Positions 28,872 through 36,735 of a DNA stretch of 64,000 nucleotides are shown one piece after another; positions within the stretch are counted from its first letter, which is position 1; every line of letters begins with the position of its first letter. The notes beneath the pieces are model-generated. The model made no database searches. It was given only the letters and a program-made list of their open reading frames with translations, and was not told where the DNA came from. The stretch comes from Leptospiraceae bacterium. Its GTDB lineage: Bacteria; Spirochaetota; Leptospiria; Leptospirales; Leptonemataceae. Position numbers and translations under genes: made by a program. Where the stretch lies: the NCBI GenBank assembly GCA_040217195.1, contig JAVJNR010000002.1, positions 512,001-576,000 of the forward strand. The letters run 5' to 3'.

Positions 28872-29276
28872 CTATAGCTGGCGGTTCTCCTGCCTGGTCA
28901 CAATGGCAATATTGGTTGCTCCAATGCGTTTCAACTTCTCAAAGAGGCGATCCAGCACTTCAACCGGAAGATTGTCGTGTGCATTGATGACCACACGGGC
29001 CCCGGGATTTAGCTGCACCTGTTCCTGAACTTTGGCCACAGTGGCATCCAGACCCATGGCAATATTTCCGAAGTAGAATTGCTTATTTCGGTCTACGCTG
29101 ATTTGGAGATCTTTCTCTTTAATCTCCTCTCCGCCTGCATCGGGTAGAATTAGAGGAAGGTCTGCATCTACCTTCAAGACGGATGTTACCATGAAGAAGA
29201 TTAGAAGCAGGAATGCGATATCAGCCATGGAGCTAATGGGCACATTTGCGAATATTTTGCGTCTTCTAATTGCCAT
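28872..29276 (-). CDS. exbD: Biopolymer transport protein ExbD
   Basis: SSMADIAFLLLIFFMV. Confidence 0.9.
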   Translation of the reverse strand: MAIRRRKIFANVPISSMADIAFLLLIFFMVTSVLKVDADLPLILPDAGGEEIKEKDLQISVDRNKQFYFGNIAMGLDATVAKVQEQVQLNPGARVVINAHDNLPVEVLDRLFEKLKRIGATNIAIVTRQENRQL

Positions 29277-29404
29277 ATATATTTGCGTATCTTGTTAGAA
29301 TTGGTTCTATTTTTCGTGAAGGATTCCAGTGTGAATGTCGCTTGCCAGGCCCACCTCAGAGACAACTCTCATTCGATGGGCGCACAGCCGGAACAATCCA
29401 GTCT

Positions 29405-29824
29405 CTACTCCACAAAGTTCTGCATGGATATCTTTACAAATCCTCGCTTCTTTACCTCTGATAATACAGTTACCAGATTCTGAACGTTGGTATCCCTTGC
29501 TGAAATAACCGCGAACTTCTCTTTGATTTCCGGGATTTCCAGCTTTTCCAGTTCTTCACCAAAACCGCGCAAAGAAGGGAAGCGCTTGGTGCCAAAGGAT
29601 GAATTATCCATTTCAACGCTGTCGCCAACGATCTTGACGGTCACTACCTTATCCCGCTCTACCATCTGAGGGCTGGAATCCTTCTTGGGAAGGTTGGCCA
29701 GTATTCCTTCTTTTACATAGAACACTGATGCGACCATGAAAAAGACCAGCAGAAGGAATGCCAGGTCAGACATGGATGCCGCTGAGATCTCTTCTACATT
29801 GGTCTTCTTTCGTAGCTTAACCAT
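29405..29824 (-). CDS. exbD: Biopolymer transport protein ExbD, second copy
   Basis: ASMSDLAFLLLVFFMV; GGAGAGG RBS. Confidence 0.9.
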   Translation of the reverse strand: MVKLRKKTNVEEISAASMSDLAFLLLVFFMVASVFYVKEGILANLPKKDSSPQMVERDKVVTVKIVGDSVEMDNSSFGTKRFPSLRGFGEELEKLEIPEIKEKFAVISARDTNVQNLVTVLSEVKKRGFVKISMQNFVE

Positions 29825-29868
29825 TGTTCCTCTCCGAAAATCCTTGAGAATCCTTCTGGTGGCGCAAA

Positions 29869-30738
29869 TTAAGCGGCAGCCTTTCCGGATTTTTTCAGCA
29901 GTTCCTTATAGAGGTGATTCGCTGCCTGCTCCACTTCAGTGGCGAAAGCATTCACTTTACTCTGGAAGAACTGAAAGAATGTCATGGCTGGAATGGCCAC
30001 AATCAGGCCGCCCGCAGTTGTAAGAAGTGCTACTTTAATACCACCTGCTACTACCTTGGCATTTACGCTATCTGCGTTTGCGATTGCATCAAATGCCTCA
30101 ACCATACCCGCAACCGTTCCCAGAAATCCAATGAGCGGAGCGATGGTAGATACTGCGGCCAGAATCGGAAGTCCTCTTTCTGCCAGGGCCAGATATCCTC
30201 CAGCTTCTCGCTCAACACCTTTGCTGAAGTGCTCGGGATCGCCTTCGGAAACGGCCAGTCCCTCATTCAGGATTTTAGATATAGTCAGTTTTTCGTTGGC
30301 AGCCAGAATATCTTTGGCTCCATCCATGCCCTTTGTGTTCAGTGCATCCACCAGATCCTGCTCGAATGTCCGATTGGAGAGCTTTCGGGTGGTGAAAAAA
30401 TAGATTCTCTCAAAGAATACAGCCAGGCCAATGACTCCGGCTATGAACAAAACCCACATGAAGCTTCCGCCAGCCTGGAAATAATCCCAGAGCAGGAATC
30501 CGCCGCCTTCTGCATCTGTTTGACTCTCGTCGGCAGTCGGCTCCGATGCTGGAGTTTCTTGCTCAGGTCCGGATTCTTCAGATGCGGGCTCCTCGCCTTC
30601 CACCTGGGGAGCTGGTTGAGCCTGTAGAGGGTTACTCTGTTCCAGCTGCACAAAAAGCATGCTGCCCATGGCCACAGCCAGTATCAAAATGATCTTTTTC
30701 TCTCTTAGGAGTGATGATAAGTAGTTGTGCATATTCAT
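29869..30738 (-). CDS. exbB: MotA/TolQ/ExbB proton channel with N-terminal extension
   Basis: APLIGFLGTVAGM, GIKVALLTTAGGLIVAIPA; ATG 30738 or 30732. Confidence 0.92.
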   Translation of the reverse strand: MNMHNYLSSLLREKKIILILAVAMGSMLFVQLEQSNPLQAQPAPQVEGEEPASEESGPEQETPASEPTADESQTDAEGGGFLLWDYFQAGGSFMWVLFIAGVIGLAVFFERIYFFTTRKLSNRTFEQDLVDALNTKGMDGAKDILAANEKLTISKILNEGLAVSEGDPEHFSKGVEREAGGYLALAERGLPILAAVSTIAPLIGFLGTVAGMVEAFDAIANADSVNAKVVAGGIKVALLTTAGGLIVAIPAMTFFQFFQSKVNAFATEVEQAANHLYKELLKKSGKAAA

Positions 30739-30781
30739 CTCTGTAGTTGTTGAAAAGTTGCGCTTAAGATGCACTGATCAT

Positions 30782-30819
30782 GTTACATCATTGTGACGAG
30801 ACGAATACAACAGGGTAAT
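30782..30819 (-). promoter_or_regulatory. Four 11-bp-period direct repeats (Pho-box-like) upstream of exbB
   Basis: Minus-strand cores ATTAC, GTATT, GTCAC, GTAAC; -10-like CATCTT 10 nt after the last repeat. Confidence 0.6.
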
Positions 30820-30950
30820 ACCCTGGTGCGATGCAGTCTCTGAATTTGTCGGGCCTGCATCCCACCACGGATCCTGCAGGGCCACCGTTTGTCTGCTTGC
30901 CGCCGGAATCTTTCACTTGCCTGGTCCCCCGGAAGGCGTGGATTGGAGCC

Positions 30951-32273
30951 ATGGGCTCTCTAACCGATGTGGATACTATAGTAGTGGGAGCTGGCCCCAT
31001 CGGACTGGAGTTGGGCGTGGCTCTCAAGCAGCGTGGGATGGACTTTGCCATTATCGAAGCAAACCAGGTGGGACATACAATTGGATGGTACGCCCCGGGA
31101 ACTCATTTCTTCAGTTCACCGGAGCGAATTTCCATAGCCGGAGTGCCTCTTATGACCCGGGATCAGGGGAAGGCCACTCGCGAAGAATACCTGGATTACC
31201 TTATGGGCGTTGCCTGGCAGTTTGACCTGCCCATCTATTCCGGGATGCGGTTCAAAGAACTGCGATCTCTGAATAAACTGGAGGGCTCCACTTCCTATGG
31301 CTGGGAGCTGGGAATTGGGCGATGCGGTGCTCCAGAGGGTTCGCAGAGCCTTGAGCAGAGCCGATTGAGTATCCGGTGTAGGAACTTGATTCTTGCCATT
31401 GGAGATATGCATAAACCGCGAATGCTTGGCATTCCCGGGGAGAATCAGGCTAACGTTAGTCACTACCTACAGGAATTGAGGCATTATTTCAGGCAATATG
31501 TGGTCATTGTGGGTGGGCGCAACTCAGCTGTGGAAGCGGCCATTCGAATCTATCGAATGGGTGGTCGTGTTACAATTGTGTATCGTGGAAGCTCTCTGGA
31601 TGATACAGGTATCAAATACTGGCTCTATCCAGAAGTCGCATCCTTAATAAAGAATGGTATGATTCGTTTTCTGAATGAGGCCCAGGTCACAGGTATTGAG
31701 GGAAATCGCCTTTTCTATAGAAGAAAGTCAGAATCTGGTCCGGACTCCCGGCTAGACTCTCAGTATTCAGCATCCAATTTCAGAGATTCTGGTCAAAGCG
31801 TTCTGCAAAAAGCAACTAATTCCACATCCAATGACACTGATTCGAAGGGACCGGACGATACAAAATCTGCAAAATCCAGGTCGGAGCGTTCGCCTGAAGC
31901 AACGCAGCCGGAAACAAAGGACTCATTCCCGGGGCAGGAATTCCTGATAGCAGACCAGTTTCTGCTGCTTACTGGATATGTGCCCGACAATTCCTTCTAT
32001 GATAGCCTCGGGATAGAACTTTCCGGCACAGAACAGAAACCATCGTTAAATGCTGAAACTATGGAAACCAATCTGGAAGGAGTTTTCGTTGCCGGCACTG
32101 CAATTGCCGGTTCGCAACAGCGACATACAGTTTTTATCGAAAATTCCCATGAACATGTACAGCGCATAGTCGAAACCATCAGTAAAAGAGCTGGAGGTAA
32201 GGCCGGGGGAGCTCAGACCGAAACGGACAGGAATTCCTTAAAGGGTTTATACGAAGAATACCCTGAAAGCTAG
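30951..32273 (+). CDS. YpdA-like FAD/NADPH oxidoreductase
   Basis: VGAGPIG, FFSSPERISI, ATREEYLDY, VSHY, GGRNSAVEAA, VFIENS; no CxxC; GGAG RBS. Confidence 0.8.
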   Translation: MGSLTDVDTIVVGAGPIGLELGVALKQRGMDFAIIEANQVGHTIGWYAPGTHFFSSPERISIAGVPLMTRDQGKATREEYLDYLMGVAWQFDLPIYSGMRFKELRSLNKLEGSTSYGWELGIGRCGAPEGSQSLEQSRLSIRCRNLILAIGDMHKPRMLGIPGENQANVSHYLQELRHYFRQYVVIVGGRNSAVEAAIRIYRMGGRVTIVYRGSSLDDTGIKYWLYPEVASLIKNGMIRFLNEAQVTGIEGNRLFYRRKSESGPDSRLDSQYSASNFRDSGQSVLQKATNSTSNDTDSKGPDDTKSAKSRSERSPEATQPETKDSFPGQEFLIADQFLLLTGYVPDNSFYDSLGIELSGTEQKPSLNAETMETNLEGVFVAGTAIAGSQQRHTVFIENSHEHVQRIVETISKRAGGKAGGAQTETDRNSLKGLYEEYPES

Positions 32274-32332
32274 CGGTCTAAACGGCAAAGAGACAGAAGA
32301 AAGCGTTTGGAGACAGTGAGAGCGAAAGGAAA

Positions 32333-32391
32333 AACTAATGCGCAACTGAATGCGGAACTGAATGCGAAACTGAATGCGAAACTGAATGCCA
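32333..32391. repeat. 12-bp tandem repeat AACTGAATGCGR, four full copies plus one degenerate
   Basis: aactaatgcgc aactgaatgcgg aactgaatgcga aactgaatgcga aactgaatgcca, between convergent genes. Confidence 0.9.
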
Positions 32392-32412
32392 GTCTACAAT
32401 AGTATTTGTTTT

Positions 32413-33486
32413 TCAGTCCGGCTGAATGTTTTGTAATCGGCGCATCACCGAATCATTTGCATCCATGATTTCATGAACCTTCTCTGGATGGGTTTCCATG
32501 GGACAATGTCCCGCATCCTCGATAATATATAGAATGGACTTCTGCAGATCACGGTGTAGCTTCCGTCCGATTTTCGGATCCACCCATTCATCCTTCGCAC
32601 CCCAGATCAATATAGCTGGAATGTTCATTTCTTCTAATTGGAGTTTTCGTTCATCTCCGGAATTCTCAATGCTTGCCAGGATGCTTCGAGCAGTATCTGA
32701 AACCAGGAAAGGCTGCAGGTATCCCTGAACTTCTTCCGGTTCTGGCGGTCTGGCATAAGCGCTTTCCAGTAATTCGTTAAAGGATTCCTCATCGAATTTG
32801 AAGCTTTCTGCATACCATATCACAAGCGATTGCAAACCTGGAATCCAACTTACGGCATTTCGGGTAATCCATCCAGGGCCACCATCCACGGAGCCTGCCA
32901 GGTATACCATGTACAGTACACTGTCAGGTCTTAGCTGGGCCATGGCGCTTATTACCGAGCCTCCCATGGAATGACCCACAAGTATCCAGGGTTTCTGATC
33001 CTGGGGCTCTGAGATTAATTCAATTACCTGCCAGACAATCTGTGCTCTTCTGAATCTTGACTGGCTGCCTTCAAGTATGCGATCCGAGAATCCGTAGCCT
33101 GGTAGATCTATGGCCAGGATCTCATGTCCTTGATTCTTCAAATGCTCGATTGTAAATCTGTAAGAATAAGTGCTGGCTGCGAAACCGTGAATCAGAACAT
33201 ACCTTCCGGACCCTCCGTCTCCTTGAGTCCAGCGAAAATGGATTCTGGCTCCATCAATAAAGGTGAAGTGACTGTTTGAATAAGGTCTTTGCTCCACCAC
33301 TCGATCAGACTGATGGCCATCGATTTGAGCGTTTTCAGGATCTGTATTTTCGGGCTCTTCGGGATCCAGCAATTTCACGCTGGAGACTCCATAGGGATTT
33401 CTGTATTCGAGGCTGCTTTGACAGGAAATAGCCAGAAAGGAAGCCAGAATCAACGGAATCAGGGCTTTGCGAACAATCCTCACCAT
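32413..33486 (-). CDS. Alpha/beta hydrolase lipoprotein
   Basis: Lipobox LAIS-C; HGF, DLPGYGFS, GHSMGG, WGAKD, AGHCP. Confidence 0.9.
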   Translation of the reverse strand: MVRIVRKALIPLILASFLAISCQSSLEYRNPYGVSSVKLLDPEEPENTDPENAQIDGHQSDRVVEQRPYSNSHFTFIDGARIHFRWTQGDGGSGRYVLIHGFAASTYSYRFTIEHLKNQGHEILAIDLPGYGFSDRILEGSQSRFRRAQIVWQVIELISEPQDQKPWILVGHSMGGSVISAMAQLRPDSVLYMVYLAGSVDGGPGWITRNAVSWIPGLQSLVIWYAESFKFDEESFNELLESAYARPPEPEEVQGYLQPFLVSDTARSILASIENSGDERKLQLEEMNIPAILIWGAKDEWVDPKIGRKLHRDLQKSILYIIEDAGHCPMETHPEKVHEIMDANDSVMRRLQNIQPD

Positions 33487-33497
33487 ACTGGATTGAC

Positions 33498-33526
33498 TTG
33501 ACTCGGCTTTAAATCGTCAATATCTT
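33498..33526 (+). promoter_or_regulatory. Sigma70-like promoter TTGACT-N17-TATCTT with predicted +1 at ATG 33533 (leaderless)
   Basis: -35 at 33498-33503, -10 at 33521-33526, 6 nt to the A of ATG. Confidence 0.6.
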
Positions 33527-33532
33527 AATGCT

Positions 33533-33877
33533 ATGGCATACATGGCAGTGGGTTCCAGACAGATCTTATTTTCGGATAGTGCAGCACCGGCCATGTCGGG
33601 CCAGAGCCCCCGGCAGGTGAGCAATCTGTCCGATAATCCCGATGTATCAGTGGGCGCCGTTTCCGCTCGAAATGAGCCCCAATCCAGCCCCACCACCGGT
33701 GTTTCAGCCCCGGCCAGCGGCTCCAGCGCGCCACCTACCATCTCAAGTGAGCCCTCGGCACCTTCAGGTTCTGCATCTCAGGCCGCGCCTTCGGGCCCGG
33801 CTCCGGAATCCGCAGCCGTTCAATCTGAGCAATCGGCCCAGGGCGGCGCCGGCGCCCGGGTGGATGTGTTCGCCTGA
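33533..33877 (+). CDS. Small Ser/Ala/Pro-rich disordered protein with YjfB-like C-terminal motif
   Basis: 114 aa low complexity ending GAGARVDVFA; promoter directly upstream. Confidence 0.65.
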   Translation: MAYMAVGSRQILFSDSAAPAMSGQSPRQVSNLSDNPDVSVGAVSARNEPQSSPTTGVSAPASGSSAPPTISSEPSAPSGSASQAAPSGPAPESAAVQSEQSAQGGAGARVDVFA

Positions 33878-33999
33878 CCGAGTATTACGTTATCGACTGA
33901 CCAGATACAGGCGTTCGATTTAGAATCCGCCTAATTGGATTCGTTGCTTTGTATCCACCATGGAAGCTGGATTTCAGCAGATCAAAGAGCAAAGGAACC

Positions 34000-34707
34000 T
34001 CAAGGAGCGTTTCGCAGGATAGACTGAGCTTTGTTCCTGGCAACGTCTGTGTACCGCGAAGCAATAATATCCGCTACGAGACTGCCCTTGCGAAGGTACA
34101 GAAACCGACTGGCCACGGGAAGGAAAGGCTCATCTGCATGAGTGATTACGATGGACAGTTTCCCATTTGAATTCCTTTCGCGCAGAAGTTCAATCAGTAG
34201 GTCCTGGCCGGCCAGGTCCAGACCAGTAATCGGCTCATCCAGGAGCCAAACATCTGGATCATGGAGAAGGCTTCGCATGAGTCCCAGTCGCTGTTTCATG
34301 CCCCTGGACAACGAACGGGCCGGATCATCCTTTCTGGATAACAGACCGGCTCTGTCCAGGCTTGTATCGATGACACTTTCTGGCAATGTCTGAATAGAAA
34401 AGTGACTGTAGAAGCATTTCAGATTTTCAGCGCAGGTCAGATCTAGATACAATCCGGGATCATGGCCAATGAATCCACAGTTGGCATAAAACTGTCTTTG
34501 CTTTTCATCTGAATCAATGGGCGAATCCAGGTACAGTATCTTCGCTCCGGCCGGAGGGGGGGACAGCAGGGCATCCAGAAGGGAAGACTTGCCAGCACCG
34601 TTGGGCCCCAGAATGCATATGGTCTGGCCGGAATCGAACTCCAGGTTTTGCGGCTGCAAAGCCTGACGAAAGCCATAGTTCTTGTATAGGCCTTCAAGTT
34701 TCAGCAT
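34000..34707 (-). CDS. ccmA: Heme exporter ATP-binding protein CcmA
   Basis: GPNGAGKS, GHDPGLYLDLT, LSRGMKQRL, WLLDEP; in ccm operon. Confidence 0.8.
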   Translation of the reverse strand: MLKLEGLYKNYGFRQALQPQNLEFDSGQTICILGPNGAGKSSLLDALLSPPPAGAKILYLDSPIDSDEKQRQFYANCGFIGHDPGLYLDLTCAENLKCFYSHFSIQTLPESVIDTSLDRAGLLSRKDDPARSLSRGMKQRLGLMRSLLHDPDVWLLDEPITGLDLAGQDLLIELLRERNSNGKLSIVITHADEPFLPVASRFLYLRKGSLVADIIASRYTDVARNKAQSILRNAP

Positions 34708-34710
34708 GCT

Positions 34711-35718
34711 TTACCTGTTTCGCCTGATTTGAATCCTGAACGAAGAAAGAACACTTATGGAAAGCAAGATTATGGCTACTATTGCCAGAACAGCAAGGGT
34801 TGTATGGAAAGAGCTTTCAAATACCGGGTTGTAATCCGACTGTAGAGGATTGGCATAATGAAAGCTATCATCGGGCATTTCATATTCTACTGCTGAAGAC
34901 GCATAATCCACTTTTAGAGCTGGTCCAAGTCCGCGAATGTTCAGTTCTTCAACAGACTTTTCGTTTTGAATATCTGGTTTTGCTTTTTCTGGCTTCCAAA
35001 CAACGACCTTAAATGGGTAGGCAGTTTCCGGATCCGTATACCTTCGACCATCCTGTTCCAGCTGAATGGTTAGCTGGGAGCTACCCGGACGAAACCCTTT
35101 AGGAACCAGGATAGCGCCGTTCTCTGTGCCGCAGGAAAAAGGAGCCGGCATTCGGGAACTTTGATGGGCCAGCTGACAACCGGTTATTTTAACTGAATTC
35201 GGTATGCGAATCTGAAACTGATCCCCGGCGTATGTCCTGGGAGGTGTTGATGCATTTTCGATTGAGTATACCAGGTTTATTCTTAGACCATCCACTTCAT
35301 TGAGTAATTCTACTCCTGGCATAATGTTCAGATCCTTTTCTGTGGCCCCTGCATCAAAGACCTGCACTGTCTGGGATGCATTCTGGCGCTCCGGCACGGG
35401 AGGAACCACGGCGACATAGGTTTCTCCCTGGTAGGTTGCACGAATCAGAAAAGGAACTGAAACTCTTTCAACAGGTGGAAAACGAAATGCAGGACTCGGG
35501 GAATCCATGGTATGCAGTACAGTCATTTGCTCACCCGGCCGGATAAGCTCCAGTTTTTCCGGACTTACTGGGTTACCTCTAGTTCCGTTAACCACATTCC
35601 CATGGATTTCAACAGATTGAGAGCTCTGAGCCGGTTGGCTCAAGGCGCTGGTTAATGAAATCAGGAACAGCCCGGAAAACAATATAAGTGAAAAAGCAGA
35701 GTATAGCGTCTTTCGCAT
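34711..35718 (-). CDS. ccm-associated periplasmic protein with C-terminal membrane anchor
   Basis: Signal peptide, IHGNVVNGT, RATYQGETY, C-terminal TM; ATG 35718 just after the upstream stop. Confidence 0.75.
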   Translation of the reverse strand: MRKTLYSAFSLILFSGLFLISLTSALSQPAQSSQSVEIHGNVVNGTRGNPVSPEKLELIRPGEQMTVLHTMDSPSPAFRFPPVERVSVPFLIRATYQGETYVAVVPPVPERQNASQTVQVFDAGATEKDLNIMPGVELLNEVDGLRINLVYSIENASTPPRTYAGDQFQIRIPNSVKITGCQLAHQSSRMPAPFSCGTENGAILVPKGFRPGSSQLTIQLEQDGRRYTDPETAYPFKVVVWKPEKAKPDIQNEKSVEELNIRGLGPALKVDYASSAVEYEMPDDSFHYANPLQSDYNPVFESSFHTTLAVLAIVAIILLSISVLSSFRIQIRRNR

Positions 35719-35719
35719 A

Positions 35720-36106
35720 TCAATTATCCTTAAGCGAAAGGCCACATTGAATACAATGGCTTTCATCCTTTCGGATATGACCGCAAGCGGAGCAGAAGCG
35801 ATCACCCTTTCCTTGAATCTCAGATTCAGCGTAGTTGTTCAGCTGGTTTTCAATTCTATTTAATTTTCGCAATAAGGGTGCACTGAGTCTTTTCAGTTCA
35901 TCCTCTGGCATCTTGCCAGATTCTGCCTCAATACGAAGGTCCTGGAGGTTCGCCACAAGCACCATCTTTTCATCCAGAAGATCCTGTTTGCGCGTCTTTC
36001 CGGATACGAAGTAATGTGCACCGTCCTGTACTGGCTGCATAACAGGCCAGACAAAAAACATCATAATGCATAGAACTATAATAAGTGCCAGAATAGAAAG
36101 AATCAT
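35720..36106 (-). CDS. CcmI-N-like protein with zinc ribbon
   Basis: N-terminal TM, LQDL..E.ESGK, CSAC...CIQCG. Confidence 0.7.
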   Translation of the reverse strand: MILSILALIIVLCIMMFFVWPVMQPVQDGAHYFVSGKTRKQDLLDEKMVLVANLQDLRIEAESGKMPEDELKRLSAPLLRKLNRIENQLNNYAESEIQGKGDRFCSACGHIRKDESHCIQCGLSLKDN

Positions 36107-36735
36107 CGGTCCAGGTCCTTGAATCGATCCAGGTCCACATCTTTATCATCTTCGCCTCCAGTCCCTGACTGCCCGCCATCGGCCTCAGGGTAGGACAGGT
36201 CCCCAAAGGGATCTTTTCTGCGAAAATATCGTATAGCGATTAGAACGCCTGTAATAACAAATACCAGGATGAGCAGGATGGGAATCCAGTTTGCCGTAGT
36301 TCCTCGAATTCCAGATCCATGCCCTTCCACAATCTTCTTCACCAGGTCTGACCGTCCCTGATTCTGGAGCTCAACAAGCACTGGATCGTCCATATATTTT
36401 GTTCCGAACCCATGCTCCAGATGATAGATGATCGTTTCTGCATCCATACCTTCGCGTATGCGATTCTCCATGAATCGTCGAACTGGAATACCCCAGGGGC
36501 ACTCCACATGCGGACAACTGGACAGGATGAAGTGGCAACCGCACTGGCAGATCACAGAATCCGAAACTTCATTGAATACCTTTATCTGCTCTGGATCTTT
36601 TAGGTTCGTATACACTTCCTGGGCCAAAAGCGGTTGGCTCAGGAAGGACAGTGTTGCCAGAAGCAAGAAAACGGAATAAGCAGGTCGCCCTGGTCCGCGT
36701 AAGGGAGCAACGGCGGGTTTCAAATCCTTATTCAT
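36103..36735 (-). CDS. ccmH: Cytochrome c biogenesis protein CcmH/CcmL-like
   Basis: VICQCGC...C...C, IREGMDAETI, C-terminal TM; start overlaps the ccmF end. Confidence 0.75.
   Translation of the reverse strand: MNKDLKPAVAPLRGPGRPAYSVFLLLATLSFLSQPLLAQEVYTNLKDPEQIKVFNEVSDSVICQCGCHFILSSCPHVECPWGIPVRRFMENRIREGMDAETIIYHLEHGFGTKYMDDPVLVELQNQGRSDLVKKIVEGHGSGIRGTTANWIPILLILVFVITGVLIAIRYFRRKDPFGDLSYPEADGGQSGTGGEDDKDVDLDRFKDLDR

Noticed and set aside
29914..30627. 237-aa plus-strand ORF antisense to exbB, and similar shadow ORFs over acs, the TBDR and the large lipoprotein
   Set aside because: Fully overlap well-supported genes and show no motifs; expected antisense shadows
32333..32391. Repeat considered as a CRISPR array
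   Set aside because: 12-bp units with no spacers and no cas genes
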